Source: Octopus vulgaris (lineage: Eukaryota). From it: a stretch of DNA of 64,000 bases. The notes under the pieces were generated by a model that saw nothing but the letters and a program-made list of their open reading frames with translations, did not search any database and was not told the DNA's origin. A program made the position numbers and the translations under genes. Where the stretch lies: contig OX597819.1 of NCBI GenBank assembly GCA_951406725.2, positions 72,540,001 through 72,604,000 on the forward strand, in the 5' to 3' direction. Below are positions 50,371 through 63,690 of the stretch, in pieces; the stretch's first letter is position 1; each line of letters begins with the position of its first letter.

Positions 50371-52270
50371 ATCTCCTAATGTAGCAACCTTGTCAACATG
50401 AATGTTCTTAGGGGCTAAACCCTTTTTTTCCTGCAGGTACTAGACATCATCACGATGTCAAATTTTGTCCCTTTTCAAGAGAAATCACTACCAGTTACAT
50501 TTGAAATCTTCTTTGAACAATCAGGTGTCTGTTTATCTGGAAAAAAACAATGCAGCTATTAATAAGAAGGGTTAAAATTAATGCATGCAAGATTTCACAG
50601 CTCTCGACTCACTCCTTCATAATCAGCCTATGAACTTTTCAGCCCACCCTCATGTATGTCACCTTGATCGACCAACTGGTTACAACATGCTGTCCATTAC
50701 TCTGTGGCTTGTGCCTTCCTCATCTACATAGTTCTAAACGCTTGTCATATTTTGTCAACCCAGTTTTGGAGGCCTCTTCCACTCATGTTGGTGAACCAAG
50801 CAACATGTCCCGTTCATCTGATCTTCTGTGATGATGTCTCTCATGCCAGATTTCTCTGCTTCATTCCAGATGTGCTCTTTCAGAAACACTCCCAGCATCC
50901 ATCTTTCCATGGCTCTTTGAGCAGTTACCAACATCTTTCTCTTCTCACTTTGTCATGGCCCAGCTTTTGCTTCTGTACAAAGTTGCAAGTAAAACCTCAC
51001 ACAATGAGGCTTCTTTTAGTTTCCATCAACCAGATCCACTCACAAGACTTTGATTGGCTTGGGACTGTAGCAGATGACACCCATGTTGCCACACAGTGGG
51101 TCTGAACCCAGAGTCATATGGTTGGAAAGCAAGCTTCTTACCACACATCTGTGTCTTTAATATATGAAAACGATTTCAAATTAGACTGAGAGATTACTAA
51201 ATACTTTTTAGCAAAGTGCATTTTTATTAAACTTTTACAAGGAAAGCAATAGTGGAGGGACTTACTCAGACACACACATACACATATCTGTATATATAAT
51301 GGGCTTCTTTCAGTTTCCGTCTACCAAATCCACTCACAAGGCTTCCCAACCACATGTGCCGTTGGCATGTGTAAAACAACATTCAAGCGTGATCATTGCC
51401 AGTGCCACTGAACTGGCTCCCATGCAGGTAGCACGTTAAAAACACCTTTTGAGAATGGTTGTTGCCAGAACCACCTGACTGGCCCTCATGCCAGTAGTAC
51501 ATAAAAGCACCCACTACACTCTCAGAGTGGTTGGCATTAGGAACTGAAGAAACTTTGCTAGATTAGATTGAGCCTGGTGCAGCCTTCTGGGTCACCAGTC
51601 CTCAGTCAAACTGTCCAACCTATGCCAGCATGGAAAGCAGACATTAAACGATGATGATGATGATGACACACACACATATATATATTTACACTAGCTGAAT
51701 AGCCTGTCGTTGCCAGGCAAGTTTTACAATATAACGTCTTATATAAATTTTTATTTATTCCATGTCAGAGCATGACTTCCCTGACAGATAGGCCTCTTAA
51801 TCAGGACAGATTTGTGCAATTTTCCACCAAAAAACTTCATTGAGGATTTTTCTCTTTTTCAAATTATTTACATGTCTATTTGATTGTTTCACATGACTTT
51901 ATTCATTAAAACTTCAGAAGTTCTTACAACTTTGGTTGTCGTTATACTTTGCTTTCGTTTGTTTGATAAAAAATTCCTCCTAATGATTTCTGCTTTCATT
52001 TCGTGATAGACAGCTGTCATGCAGAAAATGCCAGCTTCCAAATCCTGTTTTTTGATTATGTGAAATTGATTAAACTTTAAACCTCAGTAACATTTTTCTG
52101 CAACTTTTCTGGAAAAAATAAATAAATAACAAAATCAGATTTAATGTGGAAAATTATTTCAATATACCAAATTTGGAAGTTTTGATGTAATTTTAAAATC
52201 TCACAATATGTGACAGCAACAGGGAAGACCTCACAAAAGTAGACACAGACAATTATAGCACATGACACAC

Positions 52271-52303
<33 letters not shown>

Positions 52304-53234
52304 TTTACAAGTGTACACAGGTAATAACAAGTTTAAAATAGTGTATAGTAGACATTGTATGTATGTGTGTTTCTTTGTGAGAGACAGCAGAAAAGCCACC
52401 TACCCCATCTCTCCTTAAAGCTATGTATTCCTCACCTCCCTCTTACTGTGTGTGTGTTGTATCTGTATTTTCGAAAGTAAGTATGCAGTGTGGCGTGTAT
52501 AAGACAGCTGTAGTAACGTTAACATCCCATTGCCACCACTGTTCTTGCCTTCACTGATGTTACCCTCACTCTGTTACTACCTTTCCCTCAGACTAATACT
52601 TTTTGCAACCTTCTCATTTTATCATATAATTCATCCAACACCCCTGGGGGCACACTATAGATTTTTATTGAAATCCAATTAGCCTATCAGTGAACTGGAT
52701 GTTAGTATAACATGTATGCAAAGTTTTGTGAATATTGGTTTGGTGGTTTAGACAACAAGATGGTAACAGACAGAAATTGCCATACACTCACACACACACG
52801 CACACACAATGGTCTTCTTTCAGTTTCTGTCTACCAAATTCACTTACAAGGCTTTGATCAGCCTGGGGCTATAACAAAAGACACTTGACCAAGATGTCAC
52901 GCAGTGAGACTGAACCCAGGATCATGTGGTTGAGAAGTTTCCTTCTTACCACACAGCCATGCCTTTGATAAGGTTGCACATATGAACATGAAGCATGGTC
53001 ATTGTTCAGACAGGTATGTCATATCTGGAGATGCGTCTGCTTCTAGTTGTTTAGTTGACTTCTGCACACAGCATACATCTGCTAGGTCCGGGTTAACTTA
53101 AGTCAACACCACCACCACCACAAGCTGAAACACACACATACAATTTGTAAGATTGACACTAATGTAATGGAATGAGAACATAGTTTGCTTCCATAATACA
53201 ACTGTCTCATTCTCTGCCCTGCCACCTCTCTCTT

Positions 53235-53267
<33 letters not shown>

Positions 53268-53814
53268 CTCTCTATCCCTCTTTCTATCTCTCTATCTATC
53301 TCCCCCTCCCTTCTCTTGTAACAGTCAGGTATTTTTTCCTCATATTTTACATAAAAACAGATGCTACAAAATGAAATCTCTTCACTTCAACAGTTTCTTT
53401 ATTATTAATATTATTATTATCATTATTATTATTATTATATTTTTTCCTCCTGTTATTTGTTTATCATGTATTTTACTTTGTTTTTTTTTTGCTTTTTCCC
53501 GCTTTTTGTCTTGTTTTAGTGTCTTTGTTTTTATTGTCTGCAGTCTGATCTGTAATACAGCGAGCTCTGACCTAATTTTTAGATGTGCATTTTGTCTTTA
53601 TTTAATCAGATATCAGTATACACACACATATGCAAGTACATGTGTGTGTATGTGTATCTTAGCAAAGTTGCCTAATTCATATTTTTATCTCACTCTTGGA
53701 AAATAAAATTCTTATTTTCTTTAATCAGATACAATCTTCTGTGGAGTAGGGGGAGTGAAGGAGGGGGTGTCATCACCACCATCATCATCATCATCATCTT
53801 CATTGGTTGTTTCT

Positions 53815-54105
53815 GTTCTTCTTATTCCAGTCTGGCACTAAATGTCGCTGCAGAGAAGCGAAATGTCTGAGAGTCTGTGTAGATACAGTAGTGGAACTGC
53901 TGCCTCCTAAGACTCCAGCTCTGATCAACTGCAGGCATTTAAAAAAAAGAAAAATTCCTCTGAGCTTCAGTTGGACCATGCAACCAGAAATTAGCGCTGC
54001 ATCATCTAGGAATGTTGACTTCACATCAGTGCTACTCAACTGTGCCTCCCAGAGATGCACGTGGGCCTCAAGCATCCTTCCAGCAGCCCTTGACCAGCTT
54101 CCCAT
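53815..54105 (-). mobile_element. Probable 3' end of an Ingi/Vingi-like LINE
   Basis: KCLQLIRAGV resembles the CLNRLRTG motif; ends GACATTTAGTGCCAGACTGGAATAAGAAGAA. Confidence 0.45.
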
Positions 54106-55248
54106 TCTAAAAATAATATTGGTTTCAAATTTTGGCACAAGGCCAGCAATTTTGGGGGAGGAACTAAGTTGGTTAAATCAACCCTAGTGTTCAACTGGTA
54201 CTCGTTTAATCAACCCTGAAGGGAGGAAAGGCAAAGTTGACTTCAGTGGGATTTGAACTCAGAACATAAAGATGGATGAAATGCTGCTAAGCATTTTGCC
54301 TGGAATGCTAACAATTCTGCCAGTCCCCTTCCCCCACTTTATTCCCTCTTTAAATATAATAATTTTTTCTTTAATTAACGTTTTTTTTTTTGGTTCAGCT
54401 CCCTAAAAGAACCCAGTTTTGGGATTTGGCCTGGATATTAAAAAGCTTGAGGATCACTGCTTTAGATAGACTGACATCCTATTCAGGGGAGGGCTTTTTG
54501 CTCATCTGTTAAACTCTACCCCATGAAGAATCCAACAAAATTCTTGCTTAACTAACCTCATCATCATCATCATTTAACATCTATGTTCCATGCTAACATG
54601 GGTTGGACAGTTTAATGGACCTAAGGGCTGTAGCATGCTCCGGTGTCTGCTTTCACATGGTCTCTATGGCTGGATGCTTTTTTTGTTTCATGTCACCTGC
54701 ATTATTGAGGCCATCATATATGTAGTCAACATTTATGTAGTCGTTATCATCATCACCACCACATCAACCTGAAGACAATCCAAACACAGACAGGTGTTGT
54801 AATGAATACACACACACTCACACACGTATATATATATATATATATATATATATAGGTGCAGGTGTCGGTGAGTGGTAAGAAGTTTGCTTCCTAGCAACAT
54901 GGTTCCAGGTTCAGTTCCATTACATGGCACTTTGGGCATCTTCTACTATAGCCTTGGGTCAACCAAAGCCTTGTCAGTGCATTTGCTTGATGTAAATTGA
55001 AAGAAGTCCAGTGTGTGTCTGTGTGTGTATCTTTGTGTCTATGTTTGTCCCCACACTGCTTGACAACTGGTGTTGGTGTGTTATGGTCCTTATAACATAG
55101 TGGTTTGGCAAATGAGATTGATAGAATAAGTATCAGGCTTAAAATGAAAATAAATCCTGGGGTTGATCCATTCAACTAAAACTTCTTAAAGGTGGTGCTC
55201 CAGCATGGCTGCAGTCTAATAACTGAAACAAAACACGGAAGAATATAT

Positions 55249-55279
<31 letters not shown>

Positions 55280-55301
55280 GCCCCTTGTGGGTAGTAAAGA
55301 A

Positions 55302-55332
<31 letters not shown>

Positions 55333-55887
55333 CGAGGGTAAGTCAAAAAGTAATGCCATTTTGTTTAGGACAGGTATAATTACCAACACAGGAACATGTA
55401 TCATATATCAAAATGAAGCTGGTCCTCTGTGGATCACATCCCTACTTCTCAACATAGTCACCGTTTCTCTCAATAGCAATGTTCCACCTTCGAATGAGAG
55501 CATGTTTCCCTGCCCCATAAAATTCTGTTGACTGTTCTTTGAGCCACTTCTTCACTAAAGTTTTCACTTCCTCGTCACTGGAATAATGTTTGCCTCTCAA
55601 ACCCTCTTTCATGGCACTGAAGAGATGATAGTCTGAAGGTGCTAAGTCTGGCGAGTGTGGAGGTAGTGAAGAAGTGGCTCAAAGAACAGTCAACAGAATT
55701 TTACCAGGCAGGGATACATGTTCACATTCGAAGGTGGAACATTGCTAGTGAGAGAAACGGTGACTATGTTGAGAAATAGGGATGTGATCCACAGAAGACC
55801 AGCTTCATTTTGATGTTTGATACGTGTTCCTGTGTTGGTAATTATACCTGTCCTAAACAAAATGGCATTACTTTTTGATTCACCCTC
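55333..55887. mobile_element. Mariner-derived fold-back MITE made of two inverted 3' ends
   Basis: Arms 55334-55557 and 55664-55887 are inverted. Minus strand 55663-55442 reads PPHSPDLAPSDYHLFSAMKEGLRGKHYSSDEEVK..RRWNIAIERNGDYVEK*. TA at the left end. Confidence 0.92.
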
Positions 55888-55894
55888 TTCTTCT

Positions 55895-56600
55895 TGTCTT
55901 GAGACAGCATTCACCCAGGGTGGGCTGAACTAGCTTCATTCATCCTCAATGTTGCATCTCTTACAAACGCTGACCAGGCCTGGCGATTTGAGGCTAACAA
56001 TCGCGTGATCTCCAACCACTCCTTATTCCAGCGGCGAACGCCATAGATATGGGGGCCTAGGTTGGGTTCCAGATCAGCCTTGACTGTCATCAGCCACGTT
56101 TTTCATTGTCCACCACATCACTTTTGCCAACCCTGAAGGGAAGCCGGGGCAATTACTTCGTAGATGAATTCTCCTGGTTGACTACAGAAGGCATGACCCA
56201 GCCAATGCAGACGTCTCGTTAGGATGACTTGTCAGTGGGAGGTGATTTTGCACTGGTGCTTCACCGAATTGTTGGAGACAAAGTGATGCCATCAGATACG
56301 AAGGATGCAGCATAGACAGAGGTGATCAAAGGATTCTAGTCGCTTAATATCTTCTACCCTCATCGGCCATGACTCGCTGCCATGAAGGAGAATCGTTCGC
56401 ACTAGTGCTTGGTAGATCCGTACTTTGGTGGTAGTTGGATCTCAGATCTTGACCAAAGTCGTGCATTGAGTTGGTTAAAGGCTTGGCGAGCGAGGTCGAT
56501 TCATGTTTTAATGTCAGCCACACCTTAACCTGTAGCTATAATGATGGCGCCAAGGTATTTGAAACTCTCAACCTCTTCAAGAATATCACCATTGTGGACA
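55895..56600 (-). mobile_element. 3' RT fragment of a different RTE family
   Basis: KVRIYQALVRTILLHGSESW, RLHWLGHA, KTWLMTVKADL..RRWNKEW..NRQAWSAFVRD. Confidence 0.8.
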
Positions 56601-58040
56601 ATGGGTATTTTTACCTTTTGATTCACCCTTGTATTAATATATCTTTCTTTTTTTTTCAATTTTTACAAAGAAATATTCCTGCAAGACAAAAAGCTCCATC
56701 TCTTTATTTAGACAACTCTAAATTCACTAAATTTTAGGAAGGCCTTGCTTTGTTCCCCGCCTGGTTTACAGACTAAATCTCTAGAAATGCATATATGATG
56801 GTTCCTTTCTCTGCCTGAATTCCCCAACTTTCCCTCACTATTATTTAAACTTTTAATAACATAACCAAGTCCACCAAGGATTACAAATACAAATGTGAAT
56901 TAATAATTAGCAGAGAAATGTTTTTGAAGCAGTGATCATTAAATGTAGAATGATATATTGATGTCCATTATAAAAGCGGCCCTCCACAACAATTTATTAT
57001 TTTGGGTCTTCCATCTCAGACATTTTGTGGTGGTATTTGGCTAGCATTTGGATTGGAAAGTTTCTCCACTATTTCTTTTCTTAGTAATTTTTTTCCATTT
57101 TTGCTTTTTATTTTTAAAAAATGACTTTAAAGATTTTTATATCACAATCTGTAACCAAATGCATTATTTTTAAAAGTTTCCATTGGACTGGTCATTGGTT
57201 TACGCCATTACTTGTGATGATTGTGACAAGGAAGTGTTTAACAATTGCAGAACAAATATATCAAGGGACTTCATTACTAAAGTACCAGTTTTCCACTTTT
57301 ATTCTCAATCTTTCCTTCATCTTTCCTTCAGCCCTCAACTCCTCATGGAGTTGTGAGGGCACCATTTTAACTTGTCGTGTGTCTTGTTGGCATCCAGCCC
57401 TCTCAAGATCTGTTGTTTCTTTCCACTGCTGTTTCTTTCTACAGAAAAAGAAAGAGAGGACAGGTGTCTTGAAATAAGTTGGAGACAGAAAATGTTTAAA
57501 ATTGAAATAATTACAGATGTACATATCATCATGATTCTCATTTCTGTTGCTAAGTTACCAATAATTTATATTGATCTCTAATTGTGGAGAGAACATGTGA
57601 AAGGGGTAGGCCCAGGAAGACATGGGACAAAGTAGTGAGAAAGGATCTTAAGATGCTAGGTCTCACTGAGGAGATAACAAGGGCCCACAACTTCTGGTAA
57701 TTTGCTGTGCTTGAGGAGACATTTCAAGCGAGGTAAAATTGAGGCCATCTATACATGCAGACACATCCCTCTGTGAGCTGAGAGATCCCTGTCCTGCAGA
57801 CTCATAAGTGCCAGTGTCACGTAAAAAGTACTCTCTGTAAAGTAGTTGGCATTAGGAAGGGCATCCAGCTGTAGAGATCATGCCAAAACAGACAGTTGTA
57901 GCCTGGACAGTTCTTTTGCTAACCAGCTCCTGTCAAACCATCCAAACTATGTCTGCATGCAAAAAACATATTAAATGGTGATGATGATGATGATATAATA
58001 TAATTATTTTTATACACACACACACACACACACACATGTA

Positions 58041-58974
58041 TTAGACTGTCCAGAAAATAATAGCATTTTTAAGTTCCAAATTTTCAAATGAAAATAAAGT
58101 TCATTGACAGCAAGTTTAATCAAAGTAATTTCCAAGTGGTTGAATGCATTTTACCAACATGTAGCCATACTGTCACTCTTGCTATCAATCATACTGTCAC
58201 TCTTGCTATCAATCATACTGTCACTCATACTAGCACTCATATTGTCATTCATACTAGCACTCATATTGTCATTCATACTAGCACTCATATTGTCATTCAT
58301 ACTATCACTCATCCTGTCACCATGCACTTTTTCCAGTGGAACTCAGGCTTTGGGAAATGTTTCAATGCTTCATGTTTGTCGGCCATTCTGCAGATCTTTT
58401 CCTGTTGTAAAGAATCCTTTTTCCATCACATGCTGTGATCCATTCAAGAAATTGGTCATTCTGATTTCTCAGCAACTGGGTTTCACTGATCTTACATCAT
58501 CAACTTTTCAGGTCCTTTGTCAGAACCCATTTACCCCTCTTTTCCCATTTTCCAGTCATTCCAATATTCTTGATAGACAGATATTTGACTATCTTCTTCT
58601 GCTGCTTCCCTCAGCATGTTGTCATCAAAGAATCGCTTCCATCCTGGACCATCAAGATCTTAAGCCTCTCATCTCCTTGCTGAAATTTCTGAAACCAATG
58701 CTGTACTGTGCAAACAATCCTCGACCAAACGCTTGGTTGATGCCTCCTGCAGTTTCAGAAGTATTCTTCACTAGTTTGAAGTCTGAAAGAAAAATCATAT
58801 GCAAGTCCTTCTTTGTGCATGCTGTTGCTGGGGCTGATTAATCTGACCTGTAAAGGAAGGAATCATATGATCTTGAAAACTTTTGAATAAACATATGTTC
58901 TATGTAAAATGCGATGGCACACTCTATTTGTACCATGCAAATAGAATGCGCCATACCATTTCTGGACAACCTAA
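58041..58974 (-). mobile_element. Internally deleted mariner element with both TIRs
   Basis: TA|TTAGACTGTCCAGAAA ... TTTCTGGACAACCTAA|TA. Minus-strand remnants IFLSDFKL..NQAFG and WITACDGKRILYNRKRSAEW. Confidence 0.85.
58166..58320. repeat. 12/24-bp minisatellite (CATACTGTCACT-type) inside the mariner
   Basis: About 13 units of 12 bp with alternating 24-bp higher order. Confidence 0.9.
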
Positions 58975-59351
58975 TACACCCACACACTCATGCACAAAAA
59001 CACATACATACACAAGCACTCCCTCAACAACGCATAATTGCTCAAGTTTCCATGCAATTTCTTTGAGTCTATGGCAGAAAATATTTAGCCAAGGTACTGC
59101 ACAGTAGGTTTGAACTCAAAACCACATTGTTGGTTAGCAAACTTAACCACTCAGCTATACCTGTATTAATGTGCTCAATGCCAGCAATACTTTTTATGTT
59201 TGTCCTTGGTTTGTCTGTCTTCTAGATGTCATTGTATATTGTTTTAGTAACAATGGATGGCATTATATATACCTTTAGCACTGGTGGCATGATACTTAAG
59301 AAGGCTGATATCTTGTTAAAAGTAGCTGCTAATCACACACACACACACACA

Positions 59352-59392
<41 letters not shown>

Positions 59393-61044
59393 AAATGGAG
59401 TAGTTTTGATGAAGCTTTGTGTGGTAATACATTAGAGACCTGTTGGGTAAGACCAGAACAATGTGAGAAGATATAAAGTAAAGCACAAAAAGGAAACAAA
59501 ACAAAGTTTGTAGTTTTTCCTTATATTTCTGTATTTGAGGGCAATGACCCTTTCATCAGGACATTTGGAAAAGCGAGGGATGGAAAGTATCGTTACTGAA
59601 ATTTCTTGATTTCTCTCCAAACTGCTCAAACCCCTACCACATACTTTCCCTGGACATGTTGACAGTCCCCACAACATGATCTTCCAAAGACTCAAAAGAC
59701 GCTGACCCCATGACACCCAGAAGCAGTCTCCCTATATACTTTTGTGCCTGTGTGTTTTTACTGGTGTGGCTGTGTGGCAAGAAGCTTGCTTCCCAACCAC
59801 ATGGTACCAGGTTCAATCCTACTACATGGCACCTTGGGCAAGTGTTTTTTCTTATAGCCTTGAGCCAACCAAAGCTTTGTGAGTAGATTTGATAGATGGA
59901 AGCTGAAAGAAGCCTATCGTGTGTGTGTGTGAATACAAACGTTGGTTTATATTGGGACGAATGAGTCAGAGCGTTGTAAGGAAGAGATAATTTTTAAAAA
60001 ATTAATTTATTGAACAGTTTGGGGTTTAAGGGAAGGCTTTCAGTGAAATAAATCAATGCCCTCCCTCACTCCCAGCTCACACTCCAGTAGATGACTGATG
60101 CTTATTTTATCTTATCAACTCCATAACAACAACAACAACAGCGAAGACAAACTAGAAATAAATATTTTGTGTAAGGAGGCAGTTGTGGTTCACATGTACT
60201 TTAGTGTCTCAGTCACCAACAAACACAACAGCTTGGAATCAAGAATCCTCTCTCCTTTGTGTGTTTTGTAAAGTTTACCAGCTTTGAATCCAATTAGAGA
60301 AACAGCAGAGAAGATGGACAGTGGGGTGACGGTAGGGGGCTAGGTAGTTTGGTGGAGACCCCCCCCCGGGCGGGTTTTGATTTATGGTGGTAAAAATAAC
60401 AAAAACAAAAGATATCATTTCACAAATAGGTGTTGGGGTGGGATGTGGGGTTTGGATGATTGCTTCCCAACCACATGGTTTCAGGTTCAACCCCATTGCA
60501 TGGCACCTTGTGCAACTGTCTTTTATTATAGCCCTCGCCAACCAAAGCTTTGTGAATGAACTTAGATGGAAACGGAAAGAAACCCATTTTACACACATAT
60601 ATATATATAAAAATATACTGTATATACTCACCGATAGGTCGCACTTTTCTTTACCCAAAAATTCGATAAGAAATCAGGAGTGTAACCTGTCCACTTGACA
60701 TCACAGGAATCTGAAGTAGACAGTGGTATATCAGTAGTCCAGGTGCATATCCTGGGCCTGGGCCTTTCTAGTTGTTATAGAAATATTTTTGTGACATCTG
60801 TTTATTAAAAAGTGCAAACCAGAAGTCTGCATATTGATGTTTTTGACAACATCGATTCACCTCGATTCTTAGTTTAAAAGTTTTAATAATGTTTTAATAC
60901 TTGTAAGCATATTTATGTTAAAAAGGACCATGTAACTCTCCAGATTATAGTGCAACCTATCTGCAAGTCAACTGCAAATACCTATTTTGACCCCAAGCTA
61001 AGGGTGTAATATACTTATGAGTATGTATGGTGTGTGTGTGTATG

Positions 61045-61095
<51 letters not shown>

Positions 61096-61117
61096 ATGCA
61101 AGTATATATGAACAGAA

Positions 61118-61512
61118 TTGGCTGTGTGGTAAGAAGCTTGCTTTCTAACCACATGGTTCCAGGTTCAATCCCACTGTGAGTCACCTTGGGCAAGTGTCTT
61201 CTACCATAGCCTCAGGCTGACCAAAGCCTTGTGAATGGATTTGGTCGACGGAAACTGAAAGAAGCCCATCGTGTATGTGTATATATATATGTGTGTGTGT
61301 GTGTTTGTGTAGCTGTTTTTGTTCCCCCCATCATTGATTAACAACCAATATTGGTGTGTTTACATCCCCGTAACTTAGCAGTTTGGCTAAAGAGGCCAAT
61401 AGAATAAGTACTAGGCTTACAAAGAATAAGTCCTGGGGTCAATTTGTTCAACTAAAGGCAGTGCTCTAACATGGCAGCAGTCAAATGACTGAAGCAAGTA
61501 AAAGAATAGAAG
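61118..61512 (+). mobile_element. Full-length CORE-like tRNA SINE (best copy in the window)
   Basis: TGGCTGTGTGGTAAG head, GGTTCAATCCC B box, CACCTTGGGCAAGT, internal (TA)/(TG) tract, 3' GACTGAAGCAAGTAAAAGAATA. Confidence 0.85.
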
Positions 61513-61587
61513 AATATATATATATATATAGCAATAATAATTCTCTAAAAGAGATATATTTATAAGAGTAGCTCGTATACGAGTGGG

Positions 61588-61681
61588 TATATATTTGTAA
61601 AAAGAAGTTTGAAAATGCCACTATATAAGATAAATTTTATCTAATATAGTGGCATTTTCAAACTTCTTTTACAAATATATA
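61588..61681. repeat. Near-perfect palindrome, ~46 bp arms and 1 nt spacer
   Basis: TATATATTTGTAAAAAGAAGTTTGAAAATGCCACTATATAAGATAAA and its mirror differ by one indel and one mismatch. Confidence 0.95.
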
Positions 61682-63690
61682 TATATATATCCAAGAGATT
61701 GACATGAAGGCCACTATGAAGGTCTCCATGATGCTGCGAAGATGATTTATTCAAACAATTTGGGTCAAGGCAGAAAAGAGAGGTGTAATTAAGACGGAAT
61801 CTGAAGCACATTGTAACTAGTGGTGTATGTCAAAATCTGATGGTTTGGTTGATAATGCGATATTCTGATGTATATCTGTGTATGTTTGTGTCTTCTTGTT
61901 TTGATGTCATATGATTGTTGTAAATGGCATTCATTTCCAGTCTTCTGTGAAAACCTGTCTGACCATGAGGAAATATAACCTCAATTGGAAACAGGTGAGG
62001 GTTGGCAACAGAAAGGCCTTAAAAAATATGCCTAAAACAAAAAACTCCATGCAAACATGGAAAAGTAGATGTTAAAATGATGATAAAGAGACATATGATT
62101 GTCTGTGTGTCTTAAACATTTTACTGTTGTTATTCTCTTCCCCAACTCTCTCTCTCTCTCTCACACACACACACTGTGAAGTAACTAAAAAGCAAGTAGA
62201 AATGTGTTGTGAGGTCCCTTTAGTCTGGACACCTCTCTATACTCTAATGGGATTGGTTAAGAAGAGCATCCAGCTGAAGGTACCAAGTCAAAAATGAAAC
62301 GTGTGAGATGAGGGTTCTGAATCCATCTAGATAAACAATCATCATCATCATCGTTTAACATCTGCTTTCCATGCTAGCATGGGTTGGACGGTTCAGCTGG
62401 AGTCTGGGAAGCCAGAAGGCTGCACCAGGCCCAGTCTGATCTGGCAGTGTTACTACAGCTGGATGCCCTTCCTAACACCAACCACTCCGTGAGTGTAGTG
62501 GGTGCTTTTTACGTGCCACCGGCATAGGTGCCAGACGAGGCTGGCAATGGCCACGATCGGATGGTGCTTTTTATGTGCCACCGGCACGGAGGCCAGTCAG
62601 GGCGGCGCTGGCAATGGCCACGTTTGGATGGTTCATCAAGTATGTGCTGAACCCAACCATGACATTCTATCCTATCTTTGCCTGCATGGAAAAATCATCA
62701 TCACCATTTAACATCTGTGTTCCATGCAGACATGGGTTGGATTGTTTGGCAGTGGACCTTGACATATGCCAAAGAACTGTGCTAAGCCCCAACGTCTACT
62801 TTGGCATCGTTTCTAAAACAATGATGGTGACAACTTGAGAGTTTATATTCTAAGAGAAAGTCAATGGTTGCTGTCACTAGAAACAGATGTCAAAGGTTAA
62901 ATACAGAACTATTATCAATAATGCCATACCCCTCATCATCATCTTTGTCTTGATCATGGTGGCACGTAAAAAGTACCATTCAAGCATGGTCAATGCCAGT
63001 CCCACCTGACTGGCTCCTGTGCTGGTGGCATGTAAAAAGCACCCACTACACTCTCAGACTGCTTAGCATTAGGAAGGGCATCCAGCCATAGAAACCCTGC
63101 CAGATCCGATTGGAGCCTTGTACAGCCTCCTGGCTTGCCAGTCCTCAGTAAAACCATCCAACCCATGCCAGCATGGAAAGCAGATGTTAAACAACAATGA
63201 TGATGATGATTCACATCCTCATCAGTCTCAATATTAGTTTCTGTTTGTTAGATACACAGGTCTTGTGCTTTTAGAATACAAGTTTAGACATTCTTGCTTT
63301 TCTCAAGTGTATTGGTGATGCAGCTGCTGTGAAATACCTTAAATTAGGTGCATTCATGCAGCATACCAAAAACCTAGCTTTAGTTTATAGTTCATCATCA
63401 TCATTGTCATCATTTTTTTCTCTCCTGATGATATGCATAACACATCGCTTTCAAATTAAATTAAATAGTTCAGTTTTATAAATGATACTTAATGCCAGTG
63501 AAACAGCTGTAAATTACGGACTCTGAAATTTATGCTTAATGTGTGTATGTCTCTGTGTGTGTGTGTGTGTATATATATATATACACACACACACACCATA
63601 CATACATATATGTATATACACACACACATACAGTCACTACGGGGATATTCAAACCTCTTATAGGGATATTTATCCAAGATTCACTGGTTT

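Noticed and set aside
53831-54187. Possible TEX264 exon 2: phase-0 acceptor TTCCAG followed by SGTKCRC, resembling human VPPDKCRC
   Set aside because: Downstream residues lack the VGxIL, FP and VYP motifs. The opposite strand looks like a LINE 3' end and the ORF runs into a SINE. A cryptic exon is not excluded.
58104-58841. 245-aa ORF with a hydrophobic repeat
   Set aside because: Antisense to a decayed mariner; the hydrophobic part is a translated 12-bp minisatellite.
59520-59562. Minus-strand CTGATGA plus a short stem, hammerhead-like
   Set aside because: GAAA box replaced by CAAA, and no stem III or cleavage triplet.
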